Source: Camelus dromedarius (Eukaryota). Taken from it: DNA of 64,000 nt. Shown here piece after piece: positions 10,498 to 23,580 of this stretch. The notes below the pieces were generated by a model that worked only from the letters and a program-made list of their open reading frames with translations, did not search any database and was not told where the DNA came from. Location: the NCBI RefSeq assembly GCF_036321535.1, contig NC_087447.1:37264001-37328000 (forward strand). The letters are read 5' to 3'. Within the stretch, counting starts at the first letter, position 1. Every line of letters starts with the position of its first letter. The position numbers were made by a program, and so were the translations under genes.

Positions 10498-12090
10498 ACT
10501 CCAGCTTTCTTTTGATAAGTATTTGCATGGTATATATTTTCTCATTCTTTTATTTTTAGCCTTCCTCTATTACTGTATATGAAGTAAGTTTCTTGTTGAC
10601 CACTTATGTAGGTCTTTTTAAAAAATCCATTCTGACAATATCTGAGTTTTATTGGTGTGTTTATACCATTTGCATTTAAATGTAATTATTAATATGCTTG
10701 GATTTAGGCTTACCACGTTACTGTTGTTTTCTATTTGTTACCCCTGATTTATTTTCTGTTTCTCCTTTTCTTCTTTTGGATTGTTTGAAAATTTTAAATG
10801 TATATATTTTAATTTTACTTATCTATTGTGTTTTAACCATCTATTTTTATATGTTTATTTTTAGTGGTTACTAAGGAATTAAAATATACATACTTATATT
10901 TTCACAGTTTACTTAGAATCAATATTTTCCATATTAAGTGGAATATGGAAATCTTATCACCACATGGGTTTCTTACCCTGCCCACTTTATGTCATAGTTG
11001 TCTTTAAGCATTACATTTATATACATTGAAAACCCCATCAAATAATGTTATGACCTTTGCTTTCAAGCATCATGCATATTTTAAATAATTCAAGAGAATA
11101 ATAATGTATCATAGTTGGCTAGCTATTTACCATTACAGTTGCTTTTCCCTCATTTGTGATGTTTCAAGTTTCCCTCTAGTATCATTTCCCTTTTATCTAC
11201 AGAACTTTCTGTGTCAATTCTTTTAAGGCAGTATGCTGGCAACAGATTTCTTTATCCCACCTTTATTCCTAAAGGATATTTTTATTTCTATGTTTACTGT
11301 TCCTTCCTTTCAGCAATTTAAAAATATTCCACTTTCTTCTCCAATGACACAAATGTTGAAACTTTTGGTATCATCTCACATATCCTTGAGGTTCTTTTCA
11401 TTTTTATTCATTTACCCTTTTCTATTTTCTGTTTTTCATACTGGCTAATTCTTATTGATCTACATTAAAATTCACTGACTTTTCCCTTTGTGCTATTGAG
11501 CCATCCAGTGAGTTGCTTTATTTGGGTTATTGTATTTTTCAGTTCTAAAATTTCCATTTGGTTCTTATTTAAGTGTTCCATTTCTTTCTCAAGAGTTTCT
11601 ATATTTCCATTTGTTTCAAGAGTGTTCATACTTACTTCTTGGAATATTTTTATAATGGCTGTCAAGGTCTTCTATAATTTCAAAATCTTTGTCACCTTGG
11701 TAAAATATTATTTGCCTGTTTAATGTCTATTCCCCAGTGGATTTAGATTTTCTTAGTTATTCATACACTGAGCAGTTTTGGATTTTGTTTTTCCCATTTT
11801 GAATATTATGTTATGAGACTTGAGGTCTTGTTTAAACCATATAGAATGTGTTTGCTTTAGTAACAGGCAACTGCCCTTATTGGGTTCAGGTCACATGTTT
11901 CAAGTAGCCTTTTATAAGTTTTGGTGACAATTCAGTTTTGTTTTGTTTTTTTCCTAAAGACTTTTCAGTGCTACTTGGATCTGTCCTGTGTGTGCACCAC
12001 CTGGTGGGCTGTCTGGTCCTGGCTGTTGGTCCATCCTGTTAAGTAGAGTTCTCAAAGCTTTTGATATTGTGTTTAGGGTCAGCTCCTCTG
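10498..12090 (-). mobile_element. Old L1M element: ORF1 and ORF2 endonuclease region
   Basis: ORF 11465-11665(-) resembles the L1 ORF1p coiled coil 'KNQMEILELKNTITQIK'; start of ORF 10354-10545(-) lies in L1 endonuclease-region DNA. Confidence 0.85.
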
Positions 12091-14618
12091 CTCCAGGAAG
12101 AATTCTGGTTAATGGTGCTCACTCCTGGTTGGAATGCTTGTATGCTCTCCACCAGAGAAGGGTGAACTAGGGTAGCCTTCATGAATCTGCAGTGATACCA
12201 TCCAGGTGGCCGTAAATCATGGTGGAGTCAGGCCAATGTGGGTGCTGATTCCAGGTCCACTATTTCTTATCCGTCTAACTCAGCTTCCCTTCTCAGCTTT
12301 CTCACTTGAAAAATGCAGGTATTTCTTACCTAATAGGCATGTGGAACATATTAAATGACACAAGTGATATAAAGTGCCCAGTGCCTAGTGTAGAGGCTGC
12401 AACACTGGAACAGCTCAATTACTCTGGAATACCCATTTGGCCCAGTGGAGGAAGGCTGGTATGTCAACAGGTAGAATTTAAAACCTAGGTCTGTCTGAAC
12501 TAAATTTTTTGTTGTTGCCTTTTTTCTATGGATATTGTAAGAATCATATAAGGTCTCAGTCTTTTTGCTCCGTATTCTCCCATCAATGTGAATCATAACC
12601 AGAGCCTAGAGATTGCAAATGTTGTTCAGAAACAAAAACTGTTGTCAGATCCAGGAGGCAAACACTGCTGCATAGAATCGCAGTGGGAGCCACATTGTGC
12701 AAACTGCATAGCAGGCAGCCCTGTCCATTTCTTGGTAACCAGAAGATAGTCCCTTAATACATAGCTCTGGGGAGTCCCCGGGAGCATCTTTCCATTAAAT
12801 ATAGAGATTATTAACTCAGCCACTGTGGTAAAGTCTCAATAAAAGTCATCTAGGTCACCCCCCCCCAAAAAAAAGTATTATTAATTAGTCAAAGGCTTTC
12901 TAAGGTGAGAAAAGAGCTGGAAGGATAGGATGAGGAGAAGAAAGAGGTGCATATGTGGTCCCTGTTATGACTAATGAGTTGGCAGTGCCACAGAGAAGTG
13001 ACTTGATACAGACTGACCACTATTCCTCTAGTTCCTGAGTAATAACCATGTTATATACCTAGAGACTGTTAGAAATAGAAGGGTCAGGACCATCCTTATT
13101 CTGAGCCTAAGTCTGACATTACTAACCAAACATGGCACTCTTCCTTTTTGAGCCTGTCCATAGCCTTAGACTACTCAACATAGCATTGAGAAGAATCGTG
13201 TTATCCTGGATCCAGATCAATACTCCAGCAAGAGAGGAGCAAAACTGGGATTAGAATCTAAAACTTCGGATTCCTAGTCCACTGCTTTTTCACTTGCATC
13301 ACACTGTCCTTCCGTTCCTAAAAACCATAAATAATGGTGGTAAATGTTGGTAGGCATTTTACATCTTCTAAAGGAACTAAGGACAATTTCTGACTGTTTT
13401 TCTCAAAGACCTGTAGGGGAGACAAGGAAACCTTAACCCAAATGGTGGAAAACCTATGTTAGCTTTTGGTCCCAGGAGGACTTTCTGAAGCATTAAAGAA
13501 GATACAGAGCCTGATGAGAGATGAATTTCATGTGCTGCAGTAACACTTATGTAACTTTCACAGCCCGGACATTAGCTGGACTTAATTTTTAATGTGTCAA
13601 CATATGCTTTGAAATGTAAGTGTGTGTGTGTGAGCCCAGAAGCACGCACGGCTCTGCATGTGTATTGTGCCCATGTCTCCTGCCCAGTGTGGTATGTTCA
13701 AGTACCATGTCAACACACACGTTTTACATGCTGACCCATGGGCATGCTCCCAGGAGTGTGTGAGAGCACGTGTTGGTGTGTCTCCATGTTTGTGTGTGAA
13801 TGTCTGGATTTTAACCATAGTGTTTGTCTCTAAAGCTGTAGGAAGTGTTATGGCAGATGCTGCCACAGTGCTTCTTGGCTGACTCCCCATTCCTCATTAA
13901 CAACCACAATTGCTCCACATCCTTCCTATCACTAAGCTGTCCCAGCAGCTGGATGTCTGCCAATTAGAAGCTGAAACCTGTGACAGTATCTTAGGGATCC
14001 ACAGGTCTGTCCCTTTCAGCACTGGGTTCACCCCAAGACAGGAATACTCCCCAGCATCAGAAAGAGGGAATTCACAGAGTTCAATCAGTCCCACGTCTCA
14101 AATGTCTCTCTTGCCAGGCCCCTTACTGGTGCCCTCCGCCTCCTGTGCCTGCTACCTCAGCCCTCTGCCGAGCCTGTGCTAAGGACTGGCCCGATCATGC
14201 ACTTCAGCCCAGAGTGCGCCAAACTTGTCCTGGAGCATGGTGAGAGGCAGTCCTTGCTTTGGGGAGCAGCTGAGGAAGAATGCTTTCCATCTAAGAGGGC
14301 CTTTCCCCCCACTATAATATCCAGTGCCTAATACATAATTAGTTTTCAATATGCATTGAATAAATCACTAACTGACTTACTGACTGTGGATGGTTAGTGT
14401 AAACTGAGATAGAAGATGCAGCACTGTTTGGGAACAGGGATGTTCTCTCTCTGACTTGCATGTTCTACTTGCAGGTGATAGAGTTGGAGTTAACAATGCA
14501 TTGCTGGTCCTTTCAGGTTAGCATTTACTAAGCACCTACTATGTGTCAAGCGCTGGGCCAGACACTCAGGAAGAGTTCCTTCCCCTCAAAGGCTGTCACA
14601 GTGTTTTGGGGTGGTAAC

Positions 14619-15006
14619 TGCATTCGTTTCCTAGAGCTGCCATAAAAAAATACCGCTGACTGCCATAGTTCTGGAGGCTGGAAGTCTGAGCTCAAGGTGT
14701 CATCAGGGTTGGTTCCCTCTGAGGATGGGGAGGAGAAGGTACCTCTTCTAGGCCTTGCTCCTTGGTTTGGAGAAGATGGCCATCTTGTACTTGTGTCTTC
14801 ACCTCATCTTCCCTCTGTCTCTGTCTAAATTTCCTCTTCTGAGGAAGATGCCGGTCATATTGGGTTAGAGACCATCTTAATAATCTCATTTTAATTTAAT
14901 GACCTCTTTAAAGATCCTGTCTCCAAATCCAGTTACATTCTGAAATACTGGATGTTAGAACTTCAAGATATAAATTTGAGGGGGGAACCCAATTTAGCCC
15001 GTAACA
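14619..15006 (-). mobile_element. MaLR solo LTR (MLT1B/C-like)
   Basis: 'gtttcctagagctgccata...agttctggaggctggaagtc...gggttggttccctctgagg...cccaatttagcccgtaaca'. Confidence 0.85.
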
Positions 15007-15181
15007 TAGATTTAGACCCTTTTTATTAAATATCACATTACCATGAAGACTTCTTGGGCTTTCCTTGGTGGAATTTGATACTCCTTCCACTAAGCTACCA
15101 TAACAACTGCTGTTCTGATTTTGTCCTGGTCATTATGTGTTTAGATCACTATCTTCATTACTAGTCTGAGGACTCAGGAGC

Positions 15182-15544
15182 CAGGTTGGCCCTCCATATC
15201 AACGGTTCTGCATCCATGAATTCAACCAACCACGGGTTGAAAATATTAAAAAAAAAAAAAAAAAAAAAAAAAGGTCTAGAAAGTTACAAAAAGCCAAACT
15301 TGAATTTGCTGTGCACAGGCAACTATTTACCTAGCATTTACATTGCATTTACAACTATTTACATAGAGTTTACGTGGTATTAGGTATTAAAGTTAGCCTA
15401 GAGATAATTTAAAATATATGGGAGGATATGCGTAAGTTAGATGCAAACACTACACCATTTTACATAGGGGACTTGAGCATTTGTGGATTTTGGTATCCTT
15501 AGGGGTCCTGGAACAAATGCCCTGTGAATAGTGAGAGATGACTA
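15182..15544 (-). mobile_element. MER2/MER2B (TcMar-Tigger MITE)
   Basis: 'gggacttgagcatttgtggattttggtatcc...ggggtcctggaac' is the MER2 reverse consensus; degenerate terminal inverted repeats; internal poly(A) expansion. Confidence 0.9.
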
Positions 15545-16739
15545 CTCTGCTTCTAGTATCTGGTGTAAAACTTGGCACCTAGGACTGAGGTAAATCCTCA
15601 CTGTGCAGATGAGTGGATGGAACTGATAATAATGGAACAAGAGAAGGAAATCACTAGGAAACACTTCTGGGGATCTCATGGCCTAGTAAGGGTGCAGAGG
15701 GAAGTTAGGTAGGTCTCTCAGGGGTGAACCCTGCCCCAGGCTCTCCCCACAAAGTTTAATCCTGCTTTGCAAAGAGGGCAATAGGAAGAAAGTGTTCCTG
15801 ACCAGGATCCCCGCTTCCATCAAGACTGTATAGTTCCAGACTTCTCTAGCTAGAATGGTGGGATTGGTCTGATGGGTCCCTGAACTCTGAGGTCACCTGG
15901 GAGAGCAAAGAGACTCTGAGATGTCTCTTGTCCTGTCCCAGCCCTAGCCCTTCTCCCCCTTCTGCTTGCCACAGTCCTTTCTCGGAACCAGTATGGGGGC
16001 AGCCAGGCATTAGTTTTCAAATAAAAAACCCAGAATGGAGACTGAAAATAGTCACTGCTGCTTCTCCCCCCAGGTCGGAAGCCCTAAATATGTCAATGTG
16101 TAGCCCCCATTCCCACACCCTGGTCCAGAACACTTCTCTGGTCCAGCCAGCCTGCCTCCCCTGACCCCACTGCCTTATGCTTCTAGGGCTGCTACCTTCA
16201 CTCTGCCCTCTCCTTCCAGAAGGGCCCAGATTCTAGGGCAGCAGCAGGTCTGCCTGAACCACCCACCCCACCAACACACACACACACATCCTGGAGCTCT
16301 TTCTCCTGACTCTCGCCAGCTTGGTCACCCAGGGCCAGCACTCTTTTGTGCCTCTTGCTTTCTCATTGGCAGGGACTCCCAGAGAGACCAGGCTTGATAC
16401 ACGATGCCATTCAAAGCCTTCTGCTCTACCCTTTCCCAGCTGCCCCTTCATCCCGCCCCCTCCTCCCGGGCACTTCCTCTGGGACGCCTGGCCCAGAATG
16501 GAACTGCACTTGCCTCTTTCCTATGGGAAGTCTTATTTGACGGCCTACTCCCTGTAAAGGTCCGGCTCCAGCTCTTCCTGTTCCCACTTCCCCTTGACCC
16601 GGGGCTTTCTGGGCCGGTTGGAGCCTGGCCTCAGGGGAAGGAGGGGACTGAGTTTGTGGAGTGTGACTTCAGGTAGTTCCTAAGTGTAATGGTCCAGGCG
16701 CACCCTGGCACCTCTCTCAGCCCTGCCCAGGGACCTCAC

Positions 16740-17540
16740 TCCGGTAAATAGAACCTGGGCCCAGACAAAAGCCATTAGACGTCACGCCGACATCCATACC
16801 CAGACGTATTCCCGGCATAAAGGGCCCGGCTAAATACCTTTGCAAAGCTCTCATTGTGTTGCGTCCTGCACCGCCTTCCTGGCCATCCCCGCACTATCAA
16901 ATCTTTCTAGGGTCCTTTGTTGTCAGACCAAATATAGCGCTACATTGTCTGGCCTTCCACCCATTCTGGCTGGATAAAGGGGCCCGGTCCCTAGACTAGG
17001 GGCGCACAGCTCCGGGCAGCCTCCTCAATGCTATCTCACCGCCGCAGCCCACGCCGGGAGCCTGCTGCTCCCCCACCCACCCGCTCTGCTCCCCGGCCGG
17101 CGGCTGCACCATTGATACGGTGTGTATTCTTTTCCATAGGTTCCCACGAGCATGTCACTAACCATTTCCTGGGCCTTATCATGGGGAGGAAAAAAAGGAG
17201 GGCCTTTGAAAAGTGGAAACAAAACATCAGGCCCCATTGTTGTGTGACTTCCCTGGCCACAATCTAGGCTCTCCATCGCTCTACACGCAGAGACTACAAA
17301 CACGGCCTAATACAGATACTCCAATCAGCAATTTGACCAGGACGTTTATTGTTCTGTATCTGCAATCTCTGCTCCGTGTGTTTGTGGCTTTTAAATCATC
17401 CTTTTTTTATTTCTCTCTCTTGGCTCAGAGCAAGTCAAAAGCCTCTGATGGCCGTCAACCCTGCGAGAAGCCACTGAGTCAATTTTCAGACTCGCGAGGG
17501 TCTTCTTGTTGGGGCGCTCACAGCCGCGGCAGCCTCGCTC
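16740..17540. promoter_or_regulatory. CpG-rich, repeat-free patch; candidate orphan CpG island or enhancer
   Basis: Locally high CpG content; SOX-type motifs at 16852, 16915, 16943, 17235, 17347. Confidence 0.5.
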
Positions 17541-18089
17541 ACCTTTACTGTCTTTTCAGTTTCACTCCATCCTCTCGTTCCTCTTTTTTGCCTTCATTCC
17601 CTTCTTTTCCTCCTCACTTTTCACCCTTTCTCTTTCTTCTTTCTGCCTCGGTCTCTCCCTCTCTGATTCACTTGTCAACTCTTGCTCTGTACCTAAATGG
17701 TCAGGTAGAAGTGGGTGCTTCTAGTTAATTTCCTGGGACTGACTGAAAAGGGAGTCGGGACTTTATTCAACACTGTCCCCTAGACAAGCACACAAACTGG
17801 AGTACTAAATTTGAGGAAACTTCAGAGATGAACTAACTAATCCAACCCTCGGAGAGTCTGAGAGTGAAGTGGCCTGTCCAGTGTCACACAGTAATTTAGT
17901 GATGGCCCGGACTAGATCCCCCCAGGTCTCCCCAGCTTCCTGACCATCCCTGGGAAATGCTGTGTCCTAGCTGCGTCTCACGATCTGTCTGAGAATTCTG
18001 ATGACATGGCCCTATTTTTGGTTTCTGAGTTGCGGACCTAAAATTCATTTGTCAGTCATCTTTTATTTTGGAGCGCACCAAGAGACACT

Positions 18090-18340
18090 TCCTAGAGCAG
18101 CAGAAAGTGGATAAGAGCACTCTCTGGATACAGAAAATCTAGGCAAGAATCTTGGTTCTGCCACTTAGCTGTGTGACCTTGAGAATGCCACTAAACCCCT
18201 CTGTGTCTCAGATTCCTCAATTTTAAAATAAACACAAAATCAGATTCCACCTCTTAGGGTCTTGGTGAGGATGAAGAGTTGATTCATATACAGCACCTGA
18301 CACACAATAAGCACTGTGTAAATGTTAGCTATTGAATGAT
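18090..18340 (+). mobile_element. MIR SINE, near full length
   Basis: 'gtggataagagcac...ttctgccacttagctgtgtgaccttg...ctctgtgtctcagattcctc...gcacctgacacacaataagcac'. Confidence 0.85.
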
Positions 18341-18549
18341 TCCTGGGAAGAAGTCTGTGTCCAAAAAATAAATCTAGTTTTATATCAACATCCTTCCATT
18401 TTGATAACTTATAAATAAATATGGACTTCTCAGAGCTTTTCTTACAGTAGGGTCCCAGTATATGTACACTGTAGTTGATCCCTGAAGCGAGGGCCCCAGT
18501 CCCCACTGCAGCATCAGCAACCTGCCCTCTACTCAGTAAACACCCTTCA

Positions 18550-19370
18550 TATTCAACAGTGCTTTCAGAGTACATGCTGTGTGGCAGACACTGTGGGTAA
18601 CCTCTGCCTCCCTGGAGCTTATGGTCTAGTCAAAGAGATGACATTACACAAATAAATACACAACTAACAACTGAAGTAAAGGAAAAGTACAGGGTGTGAT
18701 TAGAAGTTATATTGGAGGACCAAACCTAGATCGGGAGTTTAGGGAAAGCATCTCTGAGAGAGTGATATACATACATTGAGTTTTAAAAGAATGACAGAAG
18801 GTGGCCAGGCCAGAAGCAAAGTACTCCAGGCAGAGGCAGGATGGGGCCCATTTGAGAAACTGATCAGGGACAGAAGGGAGGTCAGCAGACGGTACATGGA
18901 TCACTCAAGGCTGCACATGACTTTGGGATCCCATCCCCAAAGGCATTTCAAAGCCTTGAACAGATTCTGAATCGATTCTTTGGCTTCTGGTCAGAGAATG
19001 AATAGAGTGGGGCAATTAGAAGTAAAGAGACTATTTATCTATTCCAGGTGAGAGAGAATATGAACTTGGACTAGAACCATGGATGTGGAAATGCACACAA
19101 GAACTCAAGGGATATTTGGAATAACATCTATAGACGTTGGTGATGGTTAGACTACAGGGTGAGTAGGGAGAGGGATGATTCAAGGATGCTTCTGATCTGA
19201 GTATCTGGGCTAACGGAGGCATCATTTAATGGGAAGGGGGAGCCTGGAGGAAGCTCCAGGATTAAAGACCTCTAGTTGTGTTTGCGATGCCAAGAAGGCA
19301 GTAGGATACGTGGATCTGGAGTTTAGAGTAGGGGTCCAAGCTGGAGATGTGCATCTGGGTGTTGACGCAC
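18550..19370 (-). mobile_element. L2 LINE fragment
   Basis: 'ctgcctccctggagcttatggtctagt...agggaaagcatctctgag...ggatctggagtttagag...gctggagat'. Confidence 0.8.
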
Positions 19371-19790
19371 TTTATGTACTGTGAATGCATGCATGAATCC
19401 ATAAAGTGATAATGTTAATATTTGAACCCAGATCTGTCTGACTGAAAAGTGAATATTTTATACACTCTTCAGTCATCATCCAGTAAACTAAATCCAGTAA
19501 AATGATGACTCTTTCAGCATTCAGAGACTGTCAAATCCAGGGCAAAACGTGGTGACAGTTGGGAGAATCTTTGAGAACAGGAAGAACCTAAGATTCTCTC
19601 TAGCCTGGAGTTCTGGCATAAGATCTGGAGGTACACAGGAAGAAGCAGGATCTTGGGGGATGAAGGAACCCATCACACCCCCAAACTGCACTAGGTCGAA
19701 ACTCTCCTGCAGCAGACATTCATAAGGTTGTTTTGAGCTAAGTTATAGGCAAGAACCTAGTGTCATCCTGGGCACATAGAAGATGCTCGG

Positions 19791-20150
19791 TGTATCAGTT
19801 GGGCTAGGCTAACCCAGACAGCAAGAACAAACAACCCCCAAATGTCAGTGACAGAACTTAACCAAGTGCCATATGAGTCAGGCAGCATTATTGGAGGCAC
19901 TTTTCCAGCAGCGACGCAGGGATCAGAACCATGTCCACTGCTCATCTCTGATATCTCGACGGTCCTCACTTTCCACACCTTGGAAGGGCAAGGCAGTGGA
20001 GAATTCACACCCTCTTGTAACAGCTTTGAACTGGAAGCAACACAAATGACTCCACTCCCAGCCTGTGGACCTAGCATGCAGCCCCAACCCAGCTGAGGAA
20101 GAGACCAGACAATGGAGGGGAGCCTGTGGGTGTTTACTGAGGATGAACTG
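19791..20150 (-). mobile_element. MaLR solo LTR (MLT1K-like)
   Basis: 'tgtatcagttgggctaggcta...aacaaacaacccccaaatgtcagtg'. Confidence 0.65.
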
Positions 20151-21959
20151 TCCCTGCCTCAGGCAGTGCTCGTGCTCTCTCCCTCTTCCAGTGGGAGAAC
20201 TGAAGCAGGAAATAGGATTGGAACCTTCAAGTGGCAGATGAGTGGAGATGGTCAAGGCTGGGGATGATGCGGTTCAATCAACCTTTGACTCTAAGAGCTA
20301 GGAACAGAAGTCTTTGCCTAGAACCTTGTCGATTTCTATGCATGTGAATTCCATTTTCTCCTATTCTCTGCATAACTACTCATTGTTATGTCCTGAAGGA
20401 GAGGTTAAGGTGATTTACTGTTGCAGTCTGAGGTCTGTGCCCTCTCGTGCCTGCTTTCACCCAGGATCTCGTGAAACAGGTGTCTGGGAGGATGGGATGA
20501 GAGTGCCCTGACTGAGCAAGGTCCTACAGGTCAACATGCAGGGAATTCCCCATGAGCCTTACCTTCAGGACAAAAACCTTCCCAAGCCAATATCATTGTC
20601 TTTGTCTTGAGCTGGGCCTGCCCACGAGTTTCTGTATCCTTCCAGCATAGCGATCTTATCAAAGCAGATTAAAAATGAGAATGGTCCCATAAAACATGCA
20701 TGATGGTCTCTCACAGCCTCATAAAGCCAGATAAATGCCCTGCTCCAGAGGCCTCTAGATCGAGTTTACACCTCTCTCCCTCCTCATAATGGAATCGTCA
20801 ACAGCAGATAATTGAAATTAAAAAAAAAAAAATCAGTAACTTGTAAAGTTCAAGTCAGCAGATTGATTGGCCTCATTGGTGGCTCAGAGTAAAAGCAGAT
20901 CATGTCTGAAGATATTTGGGTTTTCTTGACCTCAGATAGTTCCTCTATATTTTCTGTGAGGCTTGGAGCAAAGGCAGCTAAAGAAAGCTCTTGGGCTGCT
21001 CCCTCTTTCTGGGTGGTTTTATCTCCCTTCCCCACTTTCCCAGTGATATCTGAGTCCCCAGCCCCAAGCTGAAGTGTTTCAATTCAGGCTTCCCATGAAT
21101 TTACCTCCAGGATCTGAGATACTTGTGAGCGTTGGCCTTGACTGGAAGGAGGAAGGGCTGGTAGTCCTAAGTCAGGTTTTCTGTCCCTGCAGCTCCTTCT
21201 CCCAGCAGAGGGTTAGTTACCCACACATTTCAGTTCAGCCTTGCCTTCCTGTTATTGGGCAGTCAGAGGGCATTGAAGGTGCTGGTGTTGAGCAAGGAGC
21301 CTGGTTCTTGGCACCCTCTGACCCTCGCCATGCTTCCACCTCTGCTCTGGGTTCCCCTGCACCCAAATCATTGAACTGACATTGTGTTCTCTGAGAAGGA
21401 AGACTGTCCCAGGGCTGGGAATCCTGCCGAGGCTTAACCCAGCCCAACCACTGGATTTCCTGCCAATCCATCTTCCCCTCAGAAACTCACCTTCTGGGAG
21501 GTTGGTCTTCCTACTGTTTGAAATCAACTCTCTTCTCTGTGCCACTGATCCTAGGTCCTGACCGGACCTGCCTCAGCCCACAGAGTTCCAGGGGCCATTC
21601 TGGCAGGGACAGAGAGAACTAAGGCACTGCCCTGGAGGGGTTGAGACCAGGTTCATGGCTTTCCTTTGGGCTGGCTGTGTTAGGACAGCCAACATAGACA
21701 TCAGCCCGAGCTTCCCCTACCAGACTGGAAGAAGACATGTATTTCCTGAACTTAGTATTTGGGCCTCTTTACTGCACCTCCAATATCCTAACTCTGGAGA
21801 TGGGCTGGCCTCTCTTCTCACCAGAATCTTTGTTCCCTCCCAGACCTAAAGCTTAGACAGATCTGCACAAAGTATCCTTCATGCTGCAAATCCAACCATA
21901 GCCACAACCTCCTGATAAGTCCTTCATCTGATAGCACTTCATGCTGACCACTGACTCAT

Positions 21960-22110
21960 CCCCAGTTTCTCTTTATTGTACTTGTTTGCTTGCACATCTG
22001 ACTAAACCATGAAAATGTGGAGGGCAAGGGCCAGCCTTGACTTATCATTGCATCTCCAGAGCCTTACACAACACCTGGCACATAGTATGTGCTCAATAAA
22101 TATTTGCAGA
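21960..22110 (+). mobile_element. L2 3' end
   Basis: 'acacctggcacatagtatgtgctcaataaatatttg'. Confidence 0.8.
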
Positions 22111-22669
22111 GTGAGTAAACCTGTTTAATTGTGTCTTCCGAGTCAAACTGTAAGCAGGCAAGAACTTCTGCAATGTGTTGAGACTGTTTGCCCATAAACT
22201 GCATAGGGAGGCTCACTGATCCTGTGACCTCCTGGGATGGGCTCTAAAACACAACTGAGACAGAATAAATGTCTGGCGGTTCTGTTTTGACTGGTGACAA
22301 GAGTTGCAAGCTGATTAATACATTTAAAGTGGTGATCAATTTGTCTTATTCACATCCTCTTATCCTGATTGTAATGAGTAGATCTTTTAACATAATGAAA
22401 ACTGCATATTTCACTCAAATTCACAGTTTTGCATTCCAGAGGAGGTGAAATGCTGTTTTTATTTAATGTTAAAATGAGGTATTAGGCTCTTGTTTTGGCA
22501 GGCTAGGGAAGGTGACAGGCAGCCTCTCTCCTTGAAGGCCAGAGGTGTGGCATCTCCTAAAACCTTGAATTTGACTATGCAAATTGGTTCCCAAAACCGT
22601 GGAATGGGACGACAGCTTTCAGTCACCTGATTGATCTCTTGCCCAGTTTATGAGTGACTAGTGACCTGA

Positions 22670-22810
22670 CTGAAGGCTATCTAGTTTGGGCTTGAATAGT
22701 TTTCAGTGATGGAGAGCTCATCACTGTCCATTTTAATGTTCAAAGCATCCAAATTAAAGATAATTCTCATATTGGTCCAAAATCAACTTCTCTGCTGTTT
22801 CTATTTCCAT
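22670..22810 (-). mobile_element. CR1/L3 LINE fragment
   Basis: 'gcttgaatagttttcagtgatggagagctcatcac' resembles L3 3' region in reverse. Confidence 0.55.
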
Positions 22811-23309
22811 AGACTTTCCTTTTTCTCTTGCTTTCTCTCTCCTTTCTTCCATTTCTTCTTTTCCTAACATTAATTTTCCCTAAAAATGTCTAATGTCGTA
22901 ATAGTCTTATAATTTTACAAAGGCTTAGAGCTTTCATTGTATTTTTCACACAGGCTTGCAGAGTTAGATGAGAAGTGGTTTCCTGTTGCTCCTCGGCCAA
23001 CGCTGCTTCTCTTGGAACGGCCTGTCCCCACGGACAAGAATGACCTCTCTGATCCACACACCTCCTGCCTCATTCACTGCTCAGCACCCAGAGAGTGCCT
23101 GGCACACAGTGGGCTCTCAGTCAATGGCTGTTGAATGAATGAATGAACAGTGGTACCTGGAAGACGATTTGGTAAATATGACCCTGTGCCTCTGTCCATG
23201 GTTGGTTGTGTGACAGGCATCTCTCCACTAAGCAGCCAGCACTACTCAGAACACAGTAGAAACGGGGACAAAAATGGGATATTTGCATTGTCTTCCATGG
23301 CAGCACCCA

Positions 23310-23580
23310 TGGCAGGAAAGCTCAGGAGCTGCAAGGGGGCAGCTTTTGCCATGGAGCCCAAAGAAGGGACGAGGACAGCATGTACCCAGAGAAGAGTGAG
23401 GGTGAGAGCCAGAGAGTGAGTGGAGAGCTCAGCAGCCCTGGCTCCCCAGGCTCCTGAGGCCCAGCCACATCCCGGCTCAGGGCTCCAGGAGCCCATCGGC
23501 TGCTTACCCTACTCTTCTTTCTTGTCCAGCCAACTCAAAATAATTTCCTTTAGTTGCAACCAAGCGTGTCGACCGAAATA
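23310..23580 (+). mobile_element. MaLR LTR 3' part (MLT1-like)
   Basis: 'cctgaggcccagccacatccc...ttagttgcaaccaag...ccgaaata' terminus. Confidence 0.55.

Noticed and set aside
19471..19510. Inverted repeat AGTCATCAT/ATGATGACT resembling snoRNA C boxes
   Set aside because: No suitably placed D box (CTGA) with a terminal stem on either strand; a 9-bp stem is compatible with chance
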